Assembly: GCA_034521815.1 (NCBI GenBank)
Contig: JAXHLW010000013.1
Coordinates: forward strand, 1,312,001-1,376,000
Source: Trueperaceae bacterium
Lineage (GTDB): Bacteria; Deinococcota; Deinococci; Deinococcales; Trueperaceae
Length of the DNA: 64,000 nt
Direction of reading: 5' to 3'
Both the position numbers and the translations under genes were made by a program. Positions 43,911 through 53,862 of the stretch are shown here, piece by piece (position 1 is the stretch's first letter; the number at the start of each line of letters is the position of its first letter). Under the pieces are notes generated by a model. That model was given only the letters and a program-made list of their open reading frames with translations. It did not search any database and was not told the DNA's origin.

Positions 43911-44561
43911 ATGCTCGTACGAGACATCATGACGCGACCCGTGGTCGCCATCGGCCCCGACGAGCCGATCGGCGACGTCACCGCCCTGATGGCGCAGCGA
44001 CGCCTTCGGCACTTCCCCGTCGTGGACGAGGGTCGCCTGGTCGGCATCGTCTCCGACCGCGACCTGCGCACCGTCGGTAGCCGGCATCCCAAGGCCCGGC
44101 CCGACGTCGGCGTGACCGACCCGGTGCGGGCGTTGATGACCACGTCGGTCTGGACGGCCCACCCGTTGGACCCGATCGACGAGGCAGCCAGCGTTCTCCG
44201 CTATCACGCCATCGGCGCCATGCCGGTCATGGACGAAGGCGACATGGTCGGCATCGTCACGGCCAGCGACTTCCTCGACGCCCTGGTCGAGATGACCGGC
44301 GTCGGCCGAGCATCGACCCGGCTGGAGGTCGAGCTCCCGAACCGGCCCGGCGCCCTGGCCGGACTGTTGGACCGCATCGCCGCGCGCGGAGCGAACGTCG
44401 CGAGCGTCCTGACGACCCGTAGCGAGCCCGACGTCGTCGCGTTCGTGCTGCGCGTCGGCACGATGGACGGCCGTGGGCTGGCCCGCTCGCTTCGCGAGGC
44501 GGGCTACGAGATCGGCTGGCCGCTCGAGCGCGAGCCGTCGTCCGGTCCCGAGCCGACGTGA
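43911..44561 (+). CDS. acuB: AcuB-like CBS-pair + ACT protein
   Basis: GAGGAGG RBS; MLVRDIMT, RHFPVVD, GIVSDRDL, ELPNRPGALA. Confidence 0.88.
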   Translation: MLVRDIMTRPVVAIGPDEPIGDVTALMAQRRLRHFPVVDEGRLVGIVSDRDLRTVGSRHPKARPDVGVTDPVRALMTTSVWTAHPLDPIDEAASVLRYHAIGAMPVMDEGDMVGIVTASDFLDALVEMTGVGRASTRLEVELPNRPGALAGLLDRIAARGANVASVLTTRSEPDVVAFVLRVGTMDGRGLARSLREAGYEIGWPLEREPSSGPEPT

Positions 44562-45787
44562 GCGACGACGCCGCCGCTGCGGAGCCCAATCTCGACGCTG
44601 CGTTCGTCTACGCCCCCCACTTGGCCAGCTGGACGCTGTCGGCCGACCACCCCTTCAAACCGGTCCGGCTGGCCTTGGTGAAGGACCTGCTCGAAACCGC
44701 CGGCCTCCTGCATCCGCACGAGATCGTCGCGCCCGCAAGGCTCCGGGCGGGCGAGCTCTCTCGCGTCCACGACGCGGAGTACCTCGAGATGGTGGCGCGG
44801 GTCTCGCGGGGGGAACGCCCCGAGGAGGCGTTCAGGTTCGGGCTCGGGACGGCCGACACGCCCGTGGTGGACGGCTTGCACGAGAGCGTCCAAGCCGTCT
44901 GCGCCGCCACCGTCACCGCGATGCAGCTGGTGATCGACGGTCGCACCAAGCGCGCCGCGACCTTCTCGGGCGGGCTGCACCACGCCATGCCGGACCGGGC
45001 GTCGGGCTTCTGCGTGTACGACGACCTCGCCCTGGCGATCCTGCGCGCCACCGATCACGGGCTCCGCGTCGCCTACCTGGACCTCGACGCGCACCACGGT
45101 GACGGCGTCCAGCACGTGTTCTACGACCGTGCCGACGTGCTCACCATCAGCGTGCACGAGTCCGGGCGCTACCTATTCCCAGGGACCGGGCACAGCTACG
45201 AGCTGGGCACCGGCGCGGGACGAGGGCTGTCGGTGAACCTCCCGCTGGAGCCGTTCACGGAGGACGACAGCTACCTCGAGGCGTTCGACGAAGTCGTTCC
45301 GCGGGCGCTTCGCGCCTTCGCGCCCGATCTGCTGCTGGTGCAGGCCGGCGCCGATCCGCACCGCGACGATCCGCTGGCCGACCTGTCGCTCACGCTGAGC
45401 GGCATGCGCGACGTCTACCGCCGCGTCGCGGCGCTGGCGGACGAGCTCACCGGCGGCCGCTGGATCGTCACGGGCGGCGGCGGCTACGAGACGTTCTCGG
45501 TGGCGCCGCGCGCCTGGGCGCAGGCCTGGTCGGCGATGACCGGTCGCGACGTTCCCGACCGCCTGCCGGACGCCTGGCGCGAGCGCTGGCGCGACGCCGC
45601 AGGAGGACCGCTTCCAGGGCGCGCCCTCGACGGTCCCGACGACTACCCGCCGCAACCGAGACGCCTGCAGGTGCAGGGGCACAACACCGCCGTCGCCAAG
45701 CGTCTTTCGGCCGTTCTGGAGCCGATCTGGCGGGACCACGAGGCGATGCGGACGGGCGCGACCACGCGCCAGGAAGGAACGTCATGA
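44558..45787 (+). CDS. acuC: AcuC Zn-dependent deacetylase (HDAC family)
   Basis: HPFKPVR, GGLHHA, ASGFC, DLDAHHGDGVQ, FPGTG, GAD.H.DDPL, GGGGY. Confidence 0.93.
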   Translation: MSDDAAAAEPNLDAAFVYAPHLASWTLSADHPFKPVRLALVKDLLETAGLLHPHEIVAPARLRAGELSRVHDAEYLEMVARVSRGERPEEAFRFGLGTADTPVVDGLHESVQAVCAATVTAMQLVIDGRTKRAATFSGGLHHAMPDRASGFCVYDDLALAILRATDHGLRVAYLDLDAHHGDGVQHVFYDRADVLTISVHESGRYLFPGTGHSYELGTGAGRGLSVNLPLEPFTEDDSYLEAFDEVVPRALRAFAPDLLLVQAGADPHRDDPLADLSLTLSGMRDVYRRVAALADELTGGRWIVTGGGGYETFSVAPRAWAQAWSAMTGRDVPDRLPDAWRERWRDAAGGPLPGRALDGPDDYPPQPRRLQVQGHNTAVAKRLSAVLEPIWRDHEAMRTGATTRQEGTS

Positions 45788-46671
45788 AACTCGGATTCGT
45801 CGGACTCGGAACGATGGGCGCCCCGATGGCGCGACGGCTTCTGGACGCGGGCCACGAGGTCACGGTCCACAACCGCACGCGCGCACGCGAGGAGCCGCTG
45901 GCCGACGCCGGCGCCGCACGCGCCGCGACCCCCAGGGAGGCGGCCGAGGGGAACGATCTGGTCATTACGATCGTCGGCGACTCGCCGGACGTCCGCGAGG
46001 TGGTGCTCGGTCCCGACGGCGTCGCGGACGGACTGGCCGAGGGAGCGATCGTGATCGACATGTCCACCATCTCGCCCGACGTCACCCGCGAGATCGCCGA
46101 GGCGTTGCGCCTGCGGGGGATCCACATGCTGGACGCTCCCTGCTCCGGTGGCAGCGAGGGGGCGGCCAACGGAACGCTCTCGATCATGATCGGCGGCGAC
46201 GAGGACGTCCTGGAGCGGGCCAGGCCCGCGCTCTCCGTGCTGGGCACGACGTTGACGCGCGTGGGCGAAGCGGGCGCCGGCCAGCTGTGCAAGGCGGTGA
46301 ACCAGGTGGTGATCGCCGGCACGTACGCCGCCGTCGCCGAGGGCCTGGCGCTCGCGATGCGCTCCGGCATCGACACCGAGGCGGCGCTGCAGGCGCTGTC
46401 CGGAGGTGCCGCGGGATCGTGGGGCTTGACGAACCGGGGACCCAACATGCTGCGGGGCGACTACCCGCTCGGGTTCCGGACGCGCCTCCACCGAAAGGAC
46501 CTCGGCATCGCTCTGGACGCGGCCCGCGAGCGCGGCGTGCCGTTGCCGCTGACCGCATGGGTCGAGCAGGCCGAGACCGTCCTGATCCGGCGTGGCTTCG
46601 GCGACGAGGACGTCAGCAACATCGCGCGCCTGGCGCGGGAAGCGGCCGGCGTCGATCCGGGCGAGGCATGA
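45784..46671 (+). CDS. beta-Hydroxyacid dehydrogenase (GarR/MmsB family)
   Basis: GFVGLGTMG, DMSTISP, DAPCSGG, GAGQLCKAVNQ, KDL. Confidence 0.9.
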   Translation: MKLGFVGLGTMGAPMARRLLDAGHEVTVHNRTRAREEPLADAGAARAATPREAAEGNDLVITIVGDSPDVREVVLGPDGVADGLAEGAIVIDMSTISPDVTREIAEALRLRGIHMLDAPCSGGSEGAANGTLSIMIGGDEDVLERARPALSVLGTTLTRVGEAGAGQLCKAVNQVVIAGTYAAVAEGLALAMRSGIDTEAALQALSGGAAGSWGLTNRGPNMLRGDYPLGFRTRLHRKDLGIALDAARERGVPLPLTAWVEQAETVLIRRGFGDEDVSNIARLAREAAGVDPGEA

Positions 46672-46708
46672 GCGACGCCCACGTCGCTCGCCGCATCGGC
46701 CAGGACGC

Positions 46709-47446
46709 CTACGAACCTGGGGCGGGCGCGCGCGCGAACGTCCATACGCGCGACTCGCTGGCGTCCGCGGGACCTGCGTCCGGGTAGACGACCACCTCGA
46801 CCGGCGCGAACCCGGCGATCCCCAACAGGCGTCGCAGATCGTCCGGGTCGTACGGTCGTTCCTGATGCACCTCGGTGAACGCGCCTTCGGGTCCGTCGCA
46901 GTACGCTTCGACGGTGGCCAGCTCGGTGGCGGGATCGTAGCGGTGAAGCCAGCGGTAGTACACCTCTCCGGCCCACCCTTCCGCCCGGTCGTCCTCCCAC
47001 AGCCGTTGCAGACCGACGCGCGTGTTCGCGTCGAACACGAACCAGCCGCCCGGCTCCAGGTGACGCCGGACCTGGCGCGCCATCGCCACGAACGCCTCGT
47101 CGCTGAGCAGGTTGTTCAGCGCGTCGAAGACCGAATACACCAGCGCGTAACGGTCCGGCAGCTCGAAGTCGCGCACGTCCCCGAGGTGGAACGCGGCGTG
47201 CGGCAGCTTGGCGCGCGCCACCTCGAGCATCTCCGGCGACGCGTCGAGGCCGTCGACGTCGAATCCCCGCTCGACCGCCGGTGCGGTGGCGTTCCCGGTG
47301 CCACAGCCGAGATCCAGCAGGCGACCGCCCGCGAACCCGCGAAGCGTCGCCTGCCGCAGGACGAACGCGACCCAGTCGTCGTACTCGACGTCCGCCATGA
47401 TGGCGTCGTAGACCTCGGCGAGACGGGTGAACGGTTGCGCATCCAC
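46709..47446 (-). CDS. Class I SAM-dependent methyltransferase
   Basis: YDAIMADVEY, LDLGCGTG, GLDASPEML, FDALN. Confidence 0.9.
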   Translation of the reverse strand: MDAQPFTRLAEVYDAIMADVEYDDWVAFVLRQATLRGFAGGRLLDLGCGTGNATAPAVERGFDVDGLDASPEMLEVARAKLPHAAFHLGDVRDFELPDRYALVYSVFDALNNLLSDEAFVAMARQVRRHLEPGGWFVFDANTRVGLQRLWEDDRAEGWAGEVYYRWLHRYDPATELATVEAYCDGPEGAFTEVHQERPYDPDDLRRLLGIAGFAPVEVVVYPDAGPADASESRVWTFARAPAPGS

Positions 47447-47512
47447 GAGGCGAAGCGTACCCGAGCGGGCGGTGTCGCGATCGCGCGGTGTGGCGATGTC
47501 GCGTGCAGCCCG

Positions 47513-48469
47513 TCACGGCATCGCGAGCACGACCTTTCCGACGGTCGCGTTCGCGCGCAGGAGCTCGTGGGCGCGCTCGGCCTCGGCGACGGGAACCGTC
47601 TCGTGCACGACCGGCACGATCCTCCCCGCCTCGAGCGCCTCGCCGAACCTGGCGACGAACGCGTCGCGCAACGTGATCTTCTCGTCCAGCGGCCGGGACC
47701 GCAGCGTGGACCCCTTCAGCGTCAGGCGCTTGCGCATCGCCACGCGCACGTCGACCTCGACCTGCGCGCCCGACAGCGTCGCGATCCAGACCAGCCTGCC
47801 TCCGGTGCCGAGGAGCTCGAACGCCGCCGTCGCCGTGTCCGCGCCCACCATGTCCAGGATCACGTCGACGGAGCCCCAAGCGTCCCGTAGCCGCTCCGGC
47901 CAGGCAGCGTCGCGACGGTCCAGGGCCGGGTCGGCCCCCAGCGCGGAGCAGCGATCCACCTTGCCTGCGCTGGAGGTGGTGGCGACGCGCGCACCCACCT
48001 CGCGGATCTGTTGGATCGCCGCCGTACCCACCCCGCTGGCGCCACCGTGGACCAACACCCGCTCGCCGGGTCGCAGTCCCGCCTCGAGGAACAGGTTCAG
48101 GAACGCCGTCAGGTGCACCTCGGGAAGCGACGCCGCTTCGGTGTCGACCAGGCGCGACGGCGTCGGCATCAGCATCCGCGCGGGCACCGCGGCCAGCTCG
48201 GCGTAGCCGCCGCCCGGCAGCAGCGCGCAGACCCGGTCGCCGGGACGCCACGGGCTTCCGTCCGGCGCGTCGAGCACCTCGCCGGCCACCTCGAGACCCA
48301 GGATCTCGGACGCCCCGGGAGGGGGCGGATAGCGTCCAGCACGTTGCGCGAGGTCGGCGCGGTTCACCCCTGCAGCACGCACGCGGAGCAGCGCGTCGTG
48401 CGGGCCGGGAACAGGGTCGGGCACCTCCGCCCAGCGGAGCGCGCCATCGGAATCGACGATCGCCTTCAT
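47513..48469 (-). CDS. NAD(P)H-quinone oxidoreductase (PIG3-like)
   Basis: GVNRADL, GLEVAG, GGGYAE, HGGASGVG, GSTLRSR. Confidence 0.92.
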   Translation of the reverse strand: MKAIVDSDGALRWAEVPDPVPGPHDALLRVRAAGVNRADLAQRAGRYPPPPGASEILGLEVAGEVLDAPDGSPWRPGDRVCALLPGGGYAELAAVPARMLMPTPSRLVDTEAASLPEVHLTAFLNLFLEAGLRPGERVLVHGGASGVGTAAIQQIREVGARVATTSSAGKVDRCSALGADPALDRRDAAWPERLRDAWGSVDVILDMVGADTATAAFELLGTGGRLVWIATLSGAQVEVDVRVAMRKRLTLKGSTLRSRPLDEKITLRDAFVARFGEALEAGRIVPVVHETVPVAEAERAHELLRANATVGKVVLAMP

Positions 48470-48532
48470 GGTCCTTGCCTACCACGTCATGGCGGTCGTC
48501 CGGCGCGGGCGGGGGTCTGGTAGCGTGACCCC

Positions 48533-49546
48533 ATGATCGGCGTCGACCTCGGCACCACCAACGTACGTATCCACGTGAAGGGGCGCGGCGTCGTCCTTCG
48601 CGAGCCGGCCGTCATCGCCGTCCTGAAAGGCACGACCGACATCAAGGCCGTCGGCCAGGACGCCTACCGCATGCTGGGGCGCACGCCCGGCTCCATCACC
48701 GCGATCCGGCCCATGGCGGACGGCGTCATCGCCGACTACACCCTCACCGAGCGGATGCTCAAGGCGTTCGTCGGCAAGATCCTCACCGGCCCGAGTCGGT
48801 TCCTGCGCCCCACCATCATGGTGTGCATTCCCTCGGGCATCACCGAGGTCGAGCGTCGGGCCGTCCTGCAGGCGGTTCACGAGATCGGGGCGCGCAAGGC
48901 GCTGCTGATCGAGGAGCCCGTCGCCGGCGCGATCGGGGCCGGGATCGACATCGCCGAGCCGGTCGGGTCGATGGTCATCGACGTGGGAGGCGGAACGACC
49001 GACCTCGCGGTGATCAGCATGGGCGGCATCGTGGTCTCTGAAAGCTTGCGCATCGCGGGAACGCACTTCGATCGGGACGTCATCGGCTGGGTGAAGGACC
49101 ACCACAACCTGCTGATCGGCGAGCGCACCGCGGAGCAGATCAAACGCGAGGTCGGTGCGGCCACGCTGGCCCCTGGAGAAGAGTCGACCTCGATCGAGGT
49201 CCGCGGCCGAGACCTGATCGACGGCATGCCGAAGACGGTTCGCGTCACGACGAACGACGTGATCGAGGCGCTCGCGAGCTCGCTCGACAAGATCGCTGGC
49301 GCGTTGCGGAAGGTCCTCGAGCAGGCCCCACCGGAGCTGGTGAGCGACGTGATCGACCGTGGCATCGTCTTGACCGGCGGCGGCGCGCAGCTCCGCAACC
49401 TCGACCTGTTCCTGAGCCGCGTGACCGACATCCCCGTGGGCCTCGCGGACGATCCGGAGGACTGCGTGGTGATAGGAACGAGCCGCGCGCTGGACATGGC
49501 GGACGTGCTTCAGGACGCGCGGCGACGCGGGGGCGTCTTCCACTGA
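48533..49546 (+). CDS. mreB: Rod shape-determining actin homolog
   Basis: DLGTTN, RPMADGVIADY, EEPVAGAIG, DVGGGTT, GERTAE, LTGGGA. Confidence 0.93.
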   Translation: MIGVDLGTTNVRIHVKGRGVVLREPAVIAVLKGTTDIKAVGQDAYRMLGRTPGSITAIRPMADGVIADYTLTERMLKAFVGKILTGPSRFLRPTIMVCIPSGITEVERRAVLQAVHEIGARKALLIEEPVAGAIGAGIDIAEPVGSMVIDVGGGTTDLAVISMGGIVVSESLRIAGTHFDRDVIGWVKDHHNLLIGERTAEQIKREVGAATLAPGEESTSIEVRGRDLIDGMPKTVRVTTNDVIEALASSLDKIAGALRKVLEQAPPELVSDVIDRGIVLTGGGAQLRNLDLFLSRVTDIPVGLADDPEDCVVIGTSRALDMADVLQDARRRGGVFH

Positions 49547-49562
49547 GCGACCGCCGCTGGCT

Positions 49563-50396
49563 CTAGGGCGCCGGGTCCGCTCGATCGACACCCGATCCGT
49601 CCGCCCCCTCCGCCGGCTCGTAGCGCCGGTAGTGGTAGGCGTGGTGCACCGTGAATCCCAAGCGCCGATACAGGCGCAGCGCCGCGTCGTTGCGGGCGTC
49701 CACCTGCAGGTAGGCGGCGTGCGCGCCGGCCGCACGCGCACGGCTCAGGGCCGCGGCGACGAGCGCCCGCCCATGGCCCCGGCCGCGGGCGTCAGGAACG
49801 GTGGCCAGAGAGAACAGGCCGACGCAGCGCCGCTTCGGGTCGAGCACGGCGAGGCCGGCCGCGACGGCTCGACCGTCGTCGTCGCGAATCGCGAGATGCC
49901 AAGGAACGAGTCCGGCCTCGGTCAGCGCCGCGGCCCGCATCTCGGACCACGCCGCCGTGCCCGGCACGACGACGTCCTGGACCTCCTGGTAGCCGGCGTC
50001 GGGGCGCTGGGCGACGCGCACGTCGCCGGCCCCGGCGGCAGCCGGTTTCTCCGGCAGCCGTTCGAGGCCGTGATGAAGGACCGACGCCCCCGGCTCTCTG
50101 TGCCATCCTCGGCGGCCCAGCTCGTCGTCCAGCCGAGGGGGCTTGGCAGCGACGGTGAGCTGGACCCGCGGGACGACGCCGCGCGACCGGTAGAACGCCT
50201 GGACCTCGTTCAGCTTGTCGGCCAGCGGCCGCTGGCCACGCGCTTCGGGCAGAACGCTGTTGCCCCGGCGCGTGACGCCACGGTTGTAGCGCAGGCGCCA
50301 GCCGTCGGAGAGGACCTCCTCGGCCGGCGCGAGCGCGTCCGCTGCCGCCGCTTCGAGCTCGGCGATCCGGCGCAGCGTGGGGTCCAGCAGGTCCAT
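49563..50396 (-). CDS. GNAT N-acetyltransferase
   Basis: GVTRRGNSV, ARGRGHG, YLQV, NDAALRLY. Confidence 0.88.
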   Translation of the reverse strand: MDLLDPTLRRIAELEAAAADALAPAEEVLSDGWRLRYNRGVTRRGNSVLPEARGQRPLADKLNEVQAFYRSRGVVPRVQLTVAAKPPRLDDELGRRGWHREPGASVLHHGLERLPEKPAAAGAGDVRVAQRPDAGYQEVQDVVVPGTAAWSEMRAAALTEAGLVPWHLAIRDDDGRAVAAGLAVLDPKRRCVGLFSLATVPDARGRGHGRALVAAALSRARAAGAHAAYLQVDARNDAALRLYRRLGFTVHHAYHYRRYEPAEGADGSGVDRADPAP

Positions 50397-50427
50397 GCCG
50401 GCCACCGGGCCCGGGTCCTGCTCGGCG

Positions 50428-50862
50428 TCAGCCGTCGCCGATGCCGACCAGGGTGAGCTGGAAGGTCAGCGGCTGGCCGGCCAGGGGGTGGTTCGCGTCC
50501 AGCGTGACCTGCTCCTCGTCCAGCTTGGCGACCGTCACCGGAACGGCGCGGCCGTCGGGCTGCTGGAGCTGCAACGGCGTGCCGACGTCGACCTCGAGCT
50601 CGTCGGGAAGCTGCTCGCGCGGGACGTCGAGCAGAAGGTCCTCGCGGCGCGCGCCGTAGGCGTCGTCCACGTCGATGCGGGCCTCCTTGCTCTCGCCGAC
50701 CTCCATGCCGATCGCGGCCTCTTCGAAGCCGGAGATGACCTGGCCTTCGCCGAGGGTGAAGGCCAGCGGCTCGCGACCCTCGCTGCTGTCGAAGACGGTG
50801 CCGTCGTCGAGCTTGCCTGTGTAGTGGATCTGGACCGTATCGCCCTGCTTGGCGGTGGGCAT
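50428..50862 (-). CDS. FKBP-type peptidyl-prolyl isomerase (SlyD/FkpB-like)
   Basis: GGAGG RBS; HYTGKLDDGTVFDSS, DANHPLAG; the ORF track fuses it to ggt only because of the ggt frameshift. Confidence 0.93.
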   Translation of the reverse strand: MPTAKQGDTVQIHYTGKLDDGTVFDSSEGREPLAFTLGEGQVISGFEEAAIGMEVGESKEARIDVDDAYGARREDLLLDVPREQLPDELEVDVGTPLQLQQPDGRAVPVTVAKLDEEQVTLDANHPLAGQPLTFQLTLVGIGDG

Positions 50863-51011
50863 GGGGAACCTCCCCGGGGGCTCGCGCCCCGTCGTCGGAT
50901 GCGGATGCGCGGGCCGGACCGTTCGTTCGGCCCCGTCGCACACGGAGGGTGCCACGGACGGACGGCGCAGCATGTCGCGCGGCCTGCGGAGCGCCCCGGC
51001 CCAGCGGCTGC

Positions 51012-52599
51012 TCAGAACCCGAGCGCCAGGCCGTCCTTGCGCGGGTCGCTTCCCGCCACGTACCCCCCGCCGGGGAGCCGCTCGATCAGCTGCGCGCCGC
51101 CGAACGCGAAGCTCGCCTCGGGCGCGGTCGCCGTGACGTCGTGCCCCATGGCCGTCAGCGCTGCGACGACGTCCGTGTCCGACGCCCGCCTCGACCGCCA
51201 CGGTGCGCCCCTCGACGACGCGCCAGCGCGGCGCGTCGGCGGCGGCCTGCGGGTTCTGCCCCCAAGCGACGGTCCTCAGCACCATCTGCACGTGCCCCTG
51301 GGGCTGCATCGGGCCGCCCATCACCCCGAAGCTGCTGCGCGGCCGGCCCCCTTCCGTCAGGAACGCCGGAATGATGGTGTGGAACGGCCGTTTCGACGGA
51401 CCGACCCGGTTGGGGTGGCCCTCCTCCAGCGTGAAGCCCGCGCCGCGGTTCTGGAGCGAGATGCCGGTGCCGGGCACCACCACGCCCGAGCCGAAGCCGT
51501 AGTAGTTCGATTGGATGAACGACACCATCCGGCCTTCCGCGTCGGCGGCGGTCAGGTACACGGTGCCGCCCCGCTTGGGAACGCCGTGCGTCGGCGCGCC
51601 CGCGCGATTCGGGTCGATCGTGGCGGCGCGCGCTGCGAGGTAGCCGTCGTCCAGAAGCTCGTCCGGCGTGACGTCCAGGTGGCCCGGGTCGGCGACGTAG
51701 CGGTACGCGTCGGCGAACGCGAGCTTCATCGCCTCGATCTGGAGGTGGAGCGCATGGACCGAGTCCGGCTGGGCGTCCGCGACGTCTGTGTGACGCAGGA
51801 TGCCCAGCGCGATCAGGGCGGCGAGGCCCTGACCGTTCGGCGGGATCTCGTGCAGCTCGGTGCCGCCGAACGCGGTCGAGATCGTCCCGACCCAGTCCGG
51901 CCGGTGCGCGTCCAGATCCGACGCGTCCAGCAGGCCCCCGCCGGCCCGAACGTGCCCCGCGATCCGCTCGGCCAGCGCACCCCGGTAGAACGCCTCGCCG
52001 TTCGTCTCCGCGATCGTTGCCAGCGTGTCGGCCTGATCGTGGAACCGCCAGATCTCGCCGGCACGGGGCGCCCGCCCGCCGGGCAGGAACGCCTGGGCGA
52101 AGTCGGGGCGCGAGCCGAACGCCTTCTCCGAGAGCGACCAGGCGCGCGCGGTGATCGGCGAGACGGGGAATCCGTCGCGTGCGTACCCGATGGCCGGCGC
52201 GAACAGGTCGCCGAAGGGGAGCGAGCCGAAGCGGCGGTGCAGCTCGACCCACGACGACACCGCGCCCGGCGTGGTGACCGAGTCCTCGCCACGGAGCGGA
52301 ACGGCGTCCATGCCGTCGAACCGCTCCGGCGTCAGCGTGGCGGGGCTTCGCCCCGAGGCGTTCAGGCCGTGCAGTCGCTCGCCGTCCCAGAGGATCGCGA
52401 ACGCGTCGCTGCCGATGCCGTTGCTGGTCGGCTCGACCACGGTGAGCGCGATCGCCGTGGCCAGGGCGGCGTCGACGGCGTTGCCGCCCTTGGCCAGCAT
52501 GCGCAGACCGGCGGACGCGGCCAGCGGCTGGCTGGTGGCGACGACGTTGCGCGCCAGGACCGGCATGCGCTGCGAGGGGTAGGGGGTGGCGGGATCCAT
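51012..52599 (-). CDS. ggt: gamma-Glutamyltransferase family protein with an apparent +1 frameshift near 51180
   Basis: GGNAVDAA, PPNGQG, GGTVY, QNRG, GVMGG; C-terminus FGGAQ..GSDPRKDG in the alternate frame ends at TGA 51012. Confidence 0.88.
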
Positions 52600-52626
52600 G
52601 GGTCTCCTTCGGGGCGGGGCGAGAGG

Positions 52627-53169
52627 TCAGCGCAGGAAGATCAGGCCGGTCACGCCACCGGCGACGATGAGAACGGCGGGATGCACGCCGAAACGGATGG
52701 CCAGCGCGAACGCGCCGACGGCCAGCGCCCACAGCGCCCAGTTGGCCAGCCACTCGGGCGGAGCTCCGAAGGCGCGCGGGGCGAACTCCCAGACGACCAG
52801 CGCCAGCAGCGCGATCACGACGGGGCGCACGCCGCGCAGGAACGCCCCGAACAGCGGCGACTCGCGGTAGCGGAGGTACAGGCCGCCCAGGGCGATCATC
52901 GCGAGGACCGTGGGGACGGTCACGCCGACCAGGCCCGCGGCCGCGCCGGGCCAGCCGGCGACCTTGAATCCGACGTAGCCGGCCATCTTCGTCGCGATCG
53001 GGCCGGGAAGGGCGTTGCCGAACGCGAACGCGTCGAGGAACTCCTCCTTCGTCAGCCAGCGCTGAACGTCGACGACCTCTTCCTGAATGAGCGGAATCAT
53101 CGACGGTCCGCCGCCGAACCCGAACAGGCCCACTTTGGCGAACGACCACAACAGCTTGAGCGTCTCCAT
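52627..53169 (-). CDS. Short-chain chromate transporter (CHR)
   Basis: GLFGFGGG, ALPGPIA, GVRPVV. Confidence 0.9.
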   Translation of the reverse strand: METLKLLWSFAKVGLFGFGGGPSMIPLIQEEVVDVQRWLTKEEFLDAFAFGNALPGPIATKMAGYVGFKVAGWPGAAAGLVGVTVPTVLAMIALGGLYLRYRESPLFGAFLRGVRPVVIALLALVVWEFAPRAFGAPPEWLANWALWALAVGAFALAIRFGVHPAVLIVAGGVTGLIFLR

Positions 53170-53181
53170 GGCGTGGCGAGT

Positions 53182-53862
53182 CTACCCGGGCCGCGGCTCG
53201 CTCGACGCCGTGCGGATCGTCACCGCACGAGTCAGCGGCCCGATCTGCAGCATCCCGAAAGCGATCCCCAGAGCGGCCGTGGCGAGAAGCGCCGTGAGCG
53301 TCGTCGCGCTCTGGCCGGTCGCCCAGGCGAACGCGACGAACCACGTCGGCGTCGACAGCAGCACCGCCGAGAGAAGCGTCTGCGACAGCGCCGCGCTACG
53401 GGCGACCCGGAGTCGACGCTGATCGTCGCGGTCGGTCGCCGTTCCGCCCTCCGGGTCGGCGCGTCGGTCCGCACCGGGATCCTGGTCGCCGCCGATGGGC
53501 CCGCCGGCGGCTTCGGGATCGTCCCGGTGGAGCACCAGGCCACGCGCCAGGCGGCCGGCCTGGCGTACCCCGTAGGCGGCGACCGCGCCGCCCAGCGCGA
53601 CTTGGGCGCCCGCGGCGAGGATCGACACCAGCGCGATCCACGGGCTCGGTGCCACGTTGCGGCCGGCCAGCGCGACCGCGCCCAGGGCCACCGCCGCTGC
53701 GACCGTCGCTTGGGCCGCGAACGTCGCCAGGAACGCGCTGCGCAATACGGATCGCGCCGCCCCAGGCGGGACGGCACGATCGTTCAGATAGGCACGGAGC
53801 TCGGCCGCGAGCCGGCCGAGGCGGCCATCCGGCTGGGCGTCACCCGGCGTCGCGCGGCTCAG
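53182..53862 (-). CDS. Hypothetical membrane protein (about 4 TM); start uncertain, possibly CTG
   Basis: Four hydrophobic segments; open frame fills the gap between neighbours. Confidence 0.6.
   Translation of the reverse strand: MSRATPGDAQPDGRLGRLAAELRAYLNDRAVPPGAARSVLRSAFLATFAAQATVAAAVALGAVALAGRNVAPSPWIALVSILAAGAQVALGGAVAAYGVRQAGRLARGLVLHRDDPEAAGGPIGGDQDPGADRRADPEGGTATDRDDQRRLRVARSAALSQTLLSAVLLSTPTWFVAFAWATGQSATTLTALLATAALGIAFGMLQIGPLTRAVTIRTASSEPRPG

Noticed and set aside
50428-52599. Apparent GGT-FKBP fusion (723-aa ORF)
   Set aside because: Caused by one extra base near 51180; the true GGT C-terminus and stop lie in another frame and FKBP has its own RBS
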